DNA of 64,000 nt, taken from assembly GCA_963724775.1 (NCBI GenBank), contig CAVRWB010000016.1, positions 28,815 through 92,814 of the forward strand. The letters run 5' to 3'. Positions within the stretch are counted from its first letter, which is position 1; each line of letters begins with the position of its first letter. The position numbers and the translations under genes were made by a program. Of the stretch, positions 21,253 through 29,712 are shown piece after piece. This stretch comes from an uncultured Acidobacteriota bacterium (GTDB lineage Bacteria > Acidobacteriota > Vicinamibacteria > Vicinamibacterales > Fen-181). The notes beneath the pieces were generated by a model. It was given only the letters and a program-made list of their open reading frames with translations. It was not told the DNA's origin and ran no database searches.

Positions 21253-22047
21253 TTAAGCCTTCATTTCGAACCTCATACAGCACTGCCCGAAGTAGATCTC
21301 GTCGCCCGGCTGGAGCCTGACGCCGCGCGGGCTGCCGCTCGGCAGCTCGATCGTGCGGCCGTCGCGGAAAATGCGCGTGCCGTGCGAGCTGTGGTCGTCG
21401 AAGAGGCGGTACTCGCCCGAGGCCGAACGCAGGATGTGAGCCTGGGCGCGCGATACCGTCTCGTTCGCCCCTTCACCCCCCTCGGAGAAGACCACCTGGT
21501 TGCGCCGCGCCACCCGGCGCTCCTTGTCGAGCACCTCGGCGATTCGCCCGATGTTCGTCCGCGCTGCGGTCAGGGCGTAGGCCTTGCGCGTGGTCGCGCC
21601 TTTCACGACGACGAGTTGAGCGACAGCGCCAGGCTGCGGGTTGGCGACCGAGGCCGCCACCGTCGCCTGGTCGCCTGCAACCTGGAACACACGACCGGTC
21701 TCCCAGTCGGCTCCCTGCTTTCGGATGTACCGCAGCCGCACTTCGAGACCAGGGACCTTCGCGCAGCCCGCCTCGCGCAGCCGCTCCTCGATTGCCGTTC
21801 GCAGGCCGGCCTCACCGCCCAGGACCGCGTCGATGGCCGCGCGGCGCCTGGTGTTGCCGACGACGATGGCGACGTCGACGCGGGTGTAGGGAAAAACCGG
21901 CTTCGAGCGCGGGCCTGGCTGGGCCAGCTCCTCGACCTCGTCGAGAATCGCCCGCCGCATCTCGACCGGCTCCAGCGGCACGTCGCCGCGCGCGGCCAGC
22001 TTTTCAATCCGCTTCTCGAGCTTGGCAACCTTGTCGAAGATGCCCAT
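21253..22047 (-). CDS. FHA-domain protein (FhaA-like: N-terminal DUF3662-like region, C-terminal FHA)
   Basis: The C-terminal region (NIGR...SRAQAHI...GTRIFRDG) is FHA-like. The N-terminus MGIFDKVAKLEKRIE is FhaA-like. Confidence 0.6.
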   Translation of the reverse strand: MGIFDKVAKLEKRIEKLAARGDVPLEPVEMRRAILDEVEELAQPGPRSKPVFPYTRVDVAIVVGNTRRRAAIDAVLGGEAGLRTAIEERLREAGCAKVPGLEVRLRYIRKQGADWETGRVFQVAGDQATVAASVANPQPGAVAQLVVVKGATTRKAYALTAARTNIGRIAEVLDKERRVARRNQVVFSEGGEGANETVSRAQAHILRSASGEYRLFDDHSSHGTRIFRDGRTIELPSGSPRGVRLQPGDEIYFGQCCMRFEMKA

Positions 22048-22084
22048 AGCGATCTCACGAGGATATACCGCAGCAGGCGCAGAG

Positions 22085-22272
22085 ACAGGCGGGACGCCTG
22101 TCCTACGGCCTGCCGCACCGCTGAACAGGCGGCGAGACGCCTGTCCTACGGCCTACCGCACCGACAGGCGAGACGCCTGTCCTACGGCCTACGCCGACAG
22201 GCGACCCTGCCACCGACAGGCGAGACGCCTGTCCTACGGCCTGCCGCACCGACAGGCGGGACGCCTGTCCTA
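22085..22272. repeat. Five to six tandem copies of an about 37-bp unit GACAGGCGRGACGCCTGTCCTACGGCCTRCCGCACC, each with a 7-bp-stem hairpin; no unique spacers
   Basis: Read directly from the sequence. The last copy overlaps the stop codon of the SEDS-PBP gene. Confidence 0.75.
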
Positions 22273-25200
22273 CTGGACCAGACCCAGCTCGCGCGCGGTC
22301 GTGACGATGCGACCGGCGATCGGGGCCGCGACGCTCGCGCCGTAGCCGCCGTGCTCCACGATGACGGCAAACGCGATGCGCTGCCGGGCCGACCCGTACG
22401 GCGCGAAGCCCACGAACCACGAATGCGACGGCGCATCCTGCACTTCGGCGGTACCCGTCTTGCCGGCAATCGGCGGCTCGATCCCTTTCAGGCTGCGGCC
22501 CGTGCCCTCGAGCACCACCTCGCGCATCGCGCGCGCCAGCGTCTGCGCGTCGGCTGCCGACAGGATCGGCCGCGGCGGGTCCACCCGCTGGTTCGTCTCG
22601 TCGGCGACCCAGCGTCCCTGCGGCATCGCCCCCCCGCCGGCGATCGTGGCGGCGACTCGCGCCATCTTCAACGGCGATGCGAGGACCTGGCCCTGGCCGT
22701 ACGCGGCGAAGGGCAGCAGGTCGCGAACCGCGCGCGGGTTGGCCGGCGGCGCGAGCGGAATTTCGTAGAGATCGGCTGTCTCCTGCAGGGCCGGCGCGCC
22801 AATGTGCAGGCCCAGTTGGGCGAAGTAGGCGTTGCAGGAGACAACGAGGCCGCGTTCCAGGTCGATCGTGCCATGCGGCGTCCTGTCGGCCGGATCGTCG
22901 CGAATCGGCCGGCCCCACCCCGGGATCTTCTGCCCGACGCGCCCGTCCGGCAGCCGTTCGCACGTGAACGGCTGGTGCAGGAGCGCCGGGTTCTTGCGGA
23001 GCGCGGCGCTGGCCGTGACCAGCTTGAAGCTGGAGCCGGGTGGATACATGCCGTAGCGCGCGCGATCGAGCAGCGCCGCCTCGCGTTCTTCCGGCGAGGC
23101 GTTGCGCGAGGTCGGCTGCGAGCCTTCCGCGGCGGGCCACGGGTAGCTGACCGCCGCCAGGAGGTCGCCGTCGCCTGACAGCACGACCGCCGCCCCCTCC
23201 TTGCGCCCGGCCTGGTCGACTCCGCTTTTCACGATCTCGCCCAGCTTCAACTGCATCCGGACGTCGATCGAGAGGCGGACGTCGCGCGGCCGCGCGAGCA
23301 GCCGCTTCACCGACTCATCGTCCGGGTTGTACCGCTTGCGGAGGAGGGGGATCAGCTCGGTGAGATCCCGTCGAAGGACCCGGGTCTTCGCGCCGGTCCG
23401 CGCGTCCGGCACCTCGACCACCCTCGCGTGGTCGTCGTAACCGCGCAGCCGCGCGTCGCTGTCCCGCTCGACGAACGACGTGTTGCTTGCCGCCCAGTTG
23501 GCCTGCGTGCGGAAATCGCCGAGCAGATGGTACGTCAGGCCGCCGAAGGGGTAGCATCGCGCTCCGCCAGTCCCGCACGCTGGCGCAGGCGTGACGCCCA
23601 GCTTCGTCAGGTCCTCCGCGTGACCGGCGAGATCTGCCGGCCGGCTCGTGGCGAGGGGAATGCCGTTCCGGTCGAAGATCGTCCCTCGCTCGATCAGCCG
23701 TGCCACGGCGAGCAGCCGCGGGTTGTACTCGAAACGGCGCTCGCCGTCGGCCTGCACCGTCAGCGCCGGGGCGATGAGGGTCCGGTTGGGGTTGACCACC
23801 TGCACCATGGCCGCCCGGCCCAGCGCGGCGAGGAGCAGGACGGCCACGGCGCCGGCGAGCGCCAGCGCCGGGCGCTCGAACTCCGGCTTCGGGGCAGCAT
23901 CCTGCGCGCGCGCGCCGATCGCGAGGATCATCCCGATCGCGAACAGGTTGGCGATCATCGAGGAGCGGCCGTAGCTGAGAAACGGCGTCGCCACGCCGGT
24001 GAGCGGCATGAGGCCGAGCAGGCCGGCGGCGATCAGCGCGAGCTGCAGGACCAGTCCGAGGGTCAGGCCAAGCGCCAGGAAGAACGTGTAGTCGCCGGGC
24101 GCCCTCAGCGCGATGCGCAGGCAGCGCCAGGCGACGAGCCCGAACAGGACGACAACGGCCGCGATCCCCGCGAACCCCAGTTCCTCGCCGACCACCGCGA
24201 GGATCAGATCGGTGTGACCGGCCGGGATCAGCCGCGGATCGCCCAGGCCGAGCCCGGTGCCGGAGACCGCGCCAGCGGCGAGCGCCCAGAGCGCGTGCGC
24301 GACCTGATCGCCGCCGCGGACGACATTGTCCCAGGGCGACATCCACATCTGCACGCGCTGGACCACGGTATGCGGGAAGCCAAGCAGGTAGCCGGCCAGG
24401 AATCCGGAGACGAGCAGCCCCAGCCCGACGCCGACCATCGTCAGACGGCGCCTCGCAACGCCGTACATCGCGAGGAACACGCAGGCGAGCACCAGCGCGG
24501 GCCCGAGGTCCTTCTGCAGGAAGAAGAACACCAGGATGAGCGCCATCCCGACGAGGACCGGCAGCACGAAGTCCAGGCGCGGGACGTCGAACCCGAAGCG
24601 CGCGGCGCCGCCCAGGCGAGGCTCCTTGAGCGAGCGGAGCAGCTCCCAGCGGTTGGCGAAGTAGCCCGCGAGAAACAAGACGACCAGGACGCGTATGGCT
24701 TCGACCGGCTGCGCGCCGAGCAGGTTGACCTTGGCGTCGCTCGTGCCCGGCCCGCTGCCGAAGATGATCAACAGCACGGAGAGGCCGATGGCGCCGAGCA
24801 GCGGCACGTAGCTCAGGCGCCGCAGCTGCGAGCGTTGAAGATCGACCAGCCGCACGAGCATGAGCCCGATGAGGCCGACGACCACGCCTTGCGAGAAGCG
24901 CGGAAACAGCGCGGCGTCACGAAGGGGATCGCGCAGGCTGATCATCATCGCGAAACCGACGCCGCACAGCAGGTGGACAGCGGGCAGGAGCAGCGGATCC
25001 GACGAGAGCCGGCGCGCGCGAGCCGAGATCCAGGCGACGTAGAACGCCGCCACGAACAGCGCGCTCGCGAGGATGAGATCCGTGCGGAATGTTCGCCAGG
25101 CGCGCACGACGAGCGACGGCCGCAGCGCGCCGAGCTGCGACGGCGTCAGCAGCGGGACGGTGACAGTCGTGGAATCCGGCTTCAGCCGGATCTGACCGGC

Positions 25201-25647
25201 GGCATCGAGCTGCGCCCGCCGTCCGCCCAGCCGCTGCCGGAATGTGACCAGCCGTCGGTTCGCCTTCACGTCGGCGTCCGACACCGTGATGGCGCCCAGT
25301 GCGCCGACACTCGGGACGCGCCGCCGCAGATCGCCGCTGCCGTCGGGCGTCGTGAGCCAGGCGGTGATGCGGTCGGCCACGAAGCGGCGCTCGGCGGGGT
25401 CCGCGACGACGCCGTCGAGGACCGGCAGGAGCTGTTCCGCGCGATCGATCGTGTTGATGTCCAGGAGCGGCGTGCCGGCGGTGCTCGCGTTCGCGTCAGC
25501 CGCCTTCGCGCTGAACACCAGCCACACTCCCGCCAGCGACACGAGCGACGCGACGAGGAGCGCCGCGAGTTCGAGCGACGGGGAGCCGCTGCGCCGCCGG
25601 GTGGCGCGGACCGCACGTTCGGCCGCGGTGGTGTGGGTGATACGCAT
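22270..25647 (-). CDS. Natural fusion: SEDS family (RodA/FtsW) peptidoglycan polymerase and class B penicillin-binding protein (transpeptidase)
   Basis: Single uninterrupted 1125-aa ORF. The N-terminal half has about 10 TM helices with SEDS motifs (GHTDLILAVVGEELGFAG; PFLSYGRSS). Then comes a TM anchor and a PBP dimerisation plus transpeptidase domain (SSFK, SCN, KTGTAE). Confidence 0.75.
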   Translation of the reverse strand: MRITHTTAAERAVRATRRRSGSPSLELAALLVASLVSLAGVWLVFSAKAADANASTAGTPLLDINTIDRAEQLLPVLDGVVADPAERRFVADRITAWLTTPDGSGDLRRRVPSVGALGAITVSDADVKANRRLVTFRQRLGGRRAQLDAAGQIRLKPDSTTVTVPLLTPSQLGALRPSLVVRAWRTFRTDLILASALFVAAFYVAWISARARRLSSDPLLLPAVHLLCGVGFAMMISLRDPLRDAALFPRFSQGVVVGLIGLMLVRLVDLQRSQLRRLSYVPLLGAIGLSVLLIIFGSGPGTSDAKVNLLGAQPVEAIRVLVVLFLAGYFANRWELLRSLKEPRLGGAARFGFDVPRLDFVLPVLVGMALILVFFFLQKDLGPALVLACVFLAMYGVARRRLTMVGVGLGLLVSGFLAGYLLGFPHTVVQRVQMWMSPWDNVVRGGDQVAHALWALAAGAVSGTGLGLGDPRLIPAGHTDLILAVVGEELGFAGIAAVVVLFGLVAWRCLRIALRAPGDYTFFLALGLTLGLVLQLALIAAGLLGLMPLTGVATPFLSYGRSSMIANLFAIGMILAIGARAQDAAPKPEFERPALALAGAVAVLLLAALGRAAMVQVVNPNRTLIAPALTVQADGERRFEYNPRLLAVARLIERGTIFDRNGIPLATSRPADLAGHAEDLTKLGVTPAPACGTGGARCYPFGGLTYHLLGDFRTQANWAASNTSFVERDSDARLRGYDDHARVVEVPDARTGAKTRVLRRDLTELIPLLRKRYNPDDESVKRLLARPRDVRLSIDVRMQLKLGEIVKSGVDQAGRKEGAAVVLSGDGDLLAAVSYPWPAAEGSQPTSRNASPEEREAALLDRARYGMYPPGSSFKLVTASAALRKNPALLHQPFTCERLPDGRVGQKIPGWGRPIRDDPADRTPHGTIDLERGLVVSCNAYFAQLGLHIGAPALQETADLYEIPLAPPANPRAVRDLLPFAAYGQGQVLASPLKMARVAATIAGGGAMPQGRWVADETNQRVDPPRPILSAADAQTLARAMREVVLEGTGRSLKGIEPPIAGKTGTAEVQDAPSHSWFVGFAPYGSARQRIAFAVIVEHGGYGASVAAPIAGRIVTTARELGLVQ

Positions 25648-25735
25648 CGAATGTCCTGGGTCAATCCGGTAGGCAGGAGTGCAGTGGGTGCAAGCGGTGC
25701 AGAGAAGCGCCGGGCTACGACGTGCCTACTGTCTG

Positions 25736-27877
25736 CTACCCTGCTACCTCGTGGCACCACTGCCTGACAGCCCAGACTGCCACACTGCAGGCGAGACGCC
25801 CTGCCACGTGACTAGGCGAGACTTCTTCTCCATCTCCTGCGGCTGCGTTCCGCGCCAGTTGCTTGTCCACCTCGTCGAGGCGAGACTGGATCGCGCGCAC
25901 GCTCGCGCTCGCCTCGCCAAAGCCAATCGCTTTCTGATAGAGGTCGAGCGCCTGGCGGTAGTCGTCCGCCGCCTTCTGGAGGCACTCGCGTTCCTGATCG
26001 AGGCCGCGCACGGCCGTCGCCTCGCGGCGCCACCGGTCGGCGCGGTTGCGGTAGCCATCGGCGAGTTGGACCAGCTCGCGGTTCCCGGCCCGATACCCCC
26101 GTTGCTCGGCTTCTTTCAGCACCGCGATGGCCTTGTCGAGATCGTCGAGGCCGTAGATGTAGGTCCGGGCCAGGCCCAGGTACGGGTCGGGCCACCGGCT
26201 GTCCACCCGGCCGGCTTCCTCGAACTTGGCGACGGCGTCCCGGAACGCCTCCGTGGTCGAGAGCTTCTTTCGCTTGCGCGCCTCGCCGTCGATCCGCCGC
26301 AAATGACCCTCACAGTAGCGCAGGCGCGCGGCGGCCCCTCGGTCGCCGGGATCGAGGTTGAGGACATCCGTCAGCCAGGTGGCGGCATCGCGCCACTGCG
26401 CTTCGCGCACCGTCGGCGCGTCCTGCCGGTAGTCGGCGATGACCCGCTCCGACTGTGACATCAGCCGGTCCTTCATCGCGCCTTTCACGCCGACGAGCCC
26501 GATGCCGAGGAGGCTGCGGTGCGCCAGCCCCTGGTATTCGTCCCAGAGGCCCTGCATCGCCGAATTCTCGACGGTTGCGAGCCCGACGCGAATGCGGCGC
26601 GCCGCCGTCCACACGCTGACCTCGTTGACGATCAGGCCGATCACCGTCAGGAGGAGCAGGGCGGAGGCCCACCTTGCCGAGGCGCGGGCGCGAATCGGCG
26701 CGCGCGAACGCGGGCTGCTCGGTACAGCCGGAATCGGCGGAATCGGCACCGCGGCGCCTGCCGCCGCCAGCACCGTGCGGCGAGTCGCCTCGCTGTCGGC
26801 CTCCGCGGTCGGAGGGCCTGCATCCGTTCGCCTCGTGGCCTCGGCTTCGATCAGGACATCCGCCGCGGCCTCCGTCCGACGCGTCGCGTCGCCTGCGTCG
26901 ATCGCCGCGACGGCGACGCCGCCGCTCGCGCTGACGTCGCGGCCGCCCTGCACGGCGATCGCAACGGGGACGCCCGTTCGCCGGGTTTCGCCCTCGGGTT
27001 GCAGCGCCATCCATTCGGCGTCCGCCACCGTCGGCTCGCCGCGCCTCAGCGCCTGCAGGTCGTGCCGAATGAGGCCGGCATCCGCGTAACGGCGCGTGGG
27101 GCTGCCGGCCAGCATCTTGAGAATGATGCGTGCGAGTGCGGGTGGACAGCTCTCGGGCAGCGGAGCCGGCGGCTGCCGCGATCGGATGAGCGACTCGAGC
27201 GCCTGGCTCGTGTCGGCCTCGTACGGCACGGCGCCGGCGACCATCTCGTAGAGCAGGATGCCCACGGACCAGAAGTCGACGTGCGGATCGACCTCGCCCG
27301 TGTCGAGGCGCTCCGGCGAGAGGTAGCTGAGGCTCCCGAAGTCGTTGCGCGTGAGCTTCCGGCTGAGCGCGAGCCCCTTGGCGATCCCGAAGTCCAGCAC
27401 CTTCACATCGCCCGCGCGATTCAGGCGGACGTTCTTCGGCTTGATGTCGCCGTGGATGATCCCGCGGATGCGCCGGTCGTCGAGCGTCGCCTCGAACTGG
27501 TGGGCCTTCTCGAGGAAATCGCAGATCTCCACCGCCACCCGGGCAGCGTCCTCGGCGGCCATCGGCGCCTGCGCGATCCGCTCCGCCAGGTCCTCGCCGT
27601 CGACGTACTCCATGTCGATGTAGAAGTAGCCGGCGATCGTGCCGTAACCATGGACGCGCGGCACGTGCCCGTCCACCTCGCAAAACTGTTCCTGCAGGAG
27701 GGCGCCCCGCCGCTCGGCTTCGCAGATGTCCTTCGAATCGCGGTCCGGGCGGATCTCCACCAGCTTGAGCGCCACCTCGGCACCGCGCTCGGTGTCCGTC
27801 GCCAGGTAGACGTCGGCCATCCCGCCCCGCCCGAGGCGCCGAATCAGCCGGTACTTGCCGAAGTCACGATCGAGCAT
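25736..27877 (-). CDS. Ser/Thr protein kinase (PknB-like) with TM helix and an about 290-aa extracellular alpha-helical domain
   Basis: GRGGMADVY...ALK, HGDIKPKN, DFG and SPE kinase motifs. A linker carries 4 copies of (E/D)ATRRT, followed by a TM helix ALLLLTVIGLIV. Confidence 0.85.
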   Translation of the reverse strand: MLDRDFGKYRLIRRLGRGGMADVYLATDTERGAEVALKLVEIRPDRDSKDICEAERRGALLQEQFCEVDGHVPRVHGYGTIAGYFYIDMEYVDGEDLAERIAQAPMAAEDAARVAVEICDFLEKAHQFEATLDDRRIRGIIHGDIKPKNVRLNRAGDVKVLDFGIAKGLALSRKLTRNDFGSLSYLSPERLDTGEVDPHVDFWSVGILLYEMVAGAVPYEADTSQALESLIRSRQPPAPLPESCPPALARIILKMLAGSPTRRYADAGLIRHDLQALRRGEPTVADAEWMALQPEGETRRTGVPVAIAVQGGRDVSASGGVAVAAIDAGDATRRTEAAADVLIEAEATRRTDAGPPTAEADSEATRRTVLAAAGAAVPIPPIPAVPSSPRSRAPIRARASARWASALLLLTVIGLIVNEVSVWTAARRIRVGLATVENSAMQGLWDEYQGLAHRSLLGIGLVGVKGAMKDRLMSQSERVIADYRQDAPTVREAQWRDAATWLTDVLNLDPGDRGAAARLRYCEGHLRRIDGEARKRKKLSTTEAFRDAVAKFEEAGRVDSRWPDPYLGLARTYIYGLDDLDKAIAVLKEAEQRGYRAGNRELVQLADGYRNRADRWRREATAVRGLDQERECLQKAADDYRQALDLYQKAIGFGEASASVRAIQSRLDEVDKQLARNAAAGDGEEVSPSHVAGRLACSVAVWAVRQWCHEVAG

Positions 27878-27921
27878 GGGAAGAAGGGCTCAGGGCCTCA
27901 AGGCTTACGGCTTCCACACCT

Positions 27922-29619
27922 CTACTTCCGGCGCGGCGCAGGTGTCGCGCCGTGCGGCGGCGCCGGGAGGCCGATCACGTTGTCGCGCAGCAAGTCGGCC
28001 CTCTTGTCGGCGGCCAGGCCCCAGACCTGGTCCTCGGCGTTTCCCGCGATCACGTTGCCGAAGAACACGGCCGACGCGCCCTCCTGAAGAACGACGGCGG
28101 GCGGCAGACGAGGTCCGGTCGAGTCGGGCACCCGCACGCCGCCGGCGGGCGCCTTGCCGTTGCCGGTGATCACGTTGTGCAAGAGCCTGGGGAACGCCCT
28201 GGCGTCCACCAGCACGGCCACCTCTCGGTTGTCGTGCAGATAACTGCCGCGGAGGACCGCACGGGACCCTTCGCCGAAGACCACGGCGAACCGGTCGGCG
28301 CCGGCGATCTCGAGATCCTCGAGAACGGCTTCCCCGCTGCCCTCCGTACCGTCGCCCGCCATCACGGCTGCCGGGCTGTCAATCTTGAATCCCGCCAGCC
28401 GGCTGCCGTTCGTCACCCGCACGCCCGGGCCGGCCACTGGCGCCCCGGCGGCAAAGCGAAGGACGGCTTCCCGCGACCGCCGGGAGACGACGCTGACACC
28501 CGGCGGCACGACAATCGGCAAGTCGTACGCGCCGGGCTCCACCTCCACGATGTCGCCCGGCAACGCCCGCTCGAGGGCTTCGGGTATCGTCGCGAACTCG
28601 GCGTCGGGCTGCGGGCCGACGTGCCACGTCCTGGTCCAGCCGGCCGGGCGCGACACTCGGAGCAGCCAGTCCGGTGCCGCATCGGTCGTCAGCACGATCG
28701 CGGCCGCCGCGGACAGCCCGGCGAGCAGGCCGTAGGCGAGCATCGCCGGGCGCGAGACGAGCGCCTCTCGCACTTTGCGCGCCGCACCGGCCATCCGGGA
28801 CCGTCCACCTGCGCCACCGTCGGGAATGCCGGTGCGCAGCCGGCGTTTTGCGGCCTCCGCGAATCCCGGTCCTTCGACGACGACGACGGTGACGTTGTCC
28901 TTCCCGCCCGCCTGGTTCGCCGCCTCGATCAGCCGCTCCGCGGCGCGACCGGGATCGCCCGCGTGCTCCAGCAGGATGCGCGCAAGCCGCGCGGACGGGA
29001 CCATGTCACTCAGGCCGTCCGTGCACAGCAGCAGCGCGCTGTCCCCCTCGAACGGCTGGTCGATGAGCTCGATGAACCCCTCGTCTCCCGGCTCGTGCGG
29101 CTCGGATCCCACGTCGCGGTAGATCTCGTTGCGACGCGGGTGGTGCATCGCCTCGGTCTCGTCAATCTCTCCCTGGTCCTCGCGCTCGCCGACCGGCGAA
29201 TGGTCGTGCGTGACCTTCGCGAAGCCGCTTGCGGTGGACGCGTAGAGGCGCGTGTCGCCGACGTGCCCGACCGTCAGGCGTCCGTCGCGGACGAGCGCGA
29301 CCGTCAGCACGCAGGCCATTCCGTGCCACGCCGGCTCGCTCGCCCCGGCGCGCACGATCTCGTTGTTGGCCAGCGCGATCGCCTCGCGCACGCGGTCCCC
29401 GGGCTGGCCCGTCTCGCGCTCCAGCCGCGCCCGGATCATCGTCAAGGCCGTCTCGGCGGCCTTCTCGCCGGCCGCGTGGCCGCCGACGCCGTCGATGACC
29501 ATGAAGAAGCCCCGGGCGGCATCGCAGTGAAAACGGTCCTCGTTGTTCTCGCGTTGCAGGCCGGCATGGCTGGCGCCGGCCGCGGCGAGGGCGGGGCGGG
29601 TGAGGGCGGCGCTAGGCAT
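27922..29619 (-). CDS. PP2C-family Ser/Thr phosphatase fused to TM helix and extracellular parallel-beta-helix-like repeat domain
   Basis: N-terminal PP2C motifs (ENNEDRF, VIDGVGGHAAGE, DGLSD, GGKDNVTVVVV). A TM helix LAYGLLAGLSAAAAIVL follows. The C-terminal repeats (NVITGNG, GNVIAGNAED) resemble NosD / pectate-lyase beta-helix. Confidence 0.75.
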   Translation of the reverse strand: MPSAALTRPALAAAGASHAGLQRENNEDRFHCDAARGFFMVIDGVGGHAAGEKAAETALTMIRARLERETGQPGDRVREAIALANNEIVRAGASEPAWHGMACVLTVALVRDGRLTVGHVGDTRLYASTASGFAKVTHDHSPVGEREDQGEIDETEAMHHPRRNEIYRDVGSEPHEPGDEGFIELIDQPFEGDSALLLCTDGLSDMVPSARLARILLEHAGDPGRAAERLIEAANQAGGKDNVTVVVVEGPGFAEAAKRRLRTGIPDGGAGGRSRMAGAARKVREALVSRPAMLAYGLLAGLSAAAAIVLTTDAAPDWLLRVSRPAGWTRTWHVGPQPDAEFATIPEALERALPGDIVEVEPGAYDLPIVVPPGVSVVSRRSREAVLRFAAGAPVAGPGVRVTNGSRLAGFKIDSPAAVMAGDGTEGSGEAVLEDLEIAGADRFAVVFGEGSRAVLRGSYLHDNREVAVLVDARAFPRLLHNVITGNGKAPAGGVRVPDSTGPRLPPAVVLQEGASAVFFGNVIAGNAEDQVWGLAADKRADLLRDNVIGLPAPPHGATPAPRRK

Positions 29620-29712
29620 CGCGGGACAGGCTGAGGAAGACGAGGCCGCCGGCGGCCGCGAACAGCAAGGCCAGGTAGAGGAAGCGCAGCGAGTGCAGCC
29701 AGCTCATCGCGC
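29612..29712 (-). CDS. Candidate 31-aa hydrophobic peptide (MSWLHSLRFLYLALLFAAAGGLVFLSLSRDA) between the FHA and PP2C genes; its stop overlaps the PP2C start
   Basis: Found only by translating the sequence. One predicted TM helix; no other support. Confidence 0.2.

Noticed and set aside
22085-22272. Possible CRISPR array (regular repeats of about 37 bp with an internal palindrome)
   Set aside because: Units are directly adjacent with no unique spacers. There are no cas genes nearby. It is a tandem hairpin repeat, not a CRISPR.
25760-25780. TGGCAC-containing sequence (tcgtggcaccactgcctga) as a sigma-54 promoter
   Set aside because: The -12 element does not fit TTGC. The site is on the plus strand between two minus-strand genes, so it drives nothing obvious.
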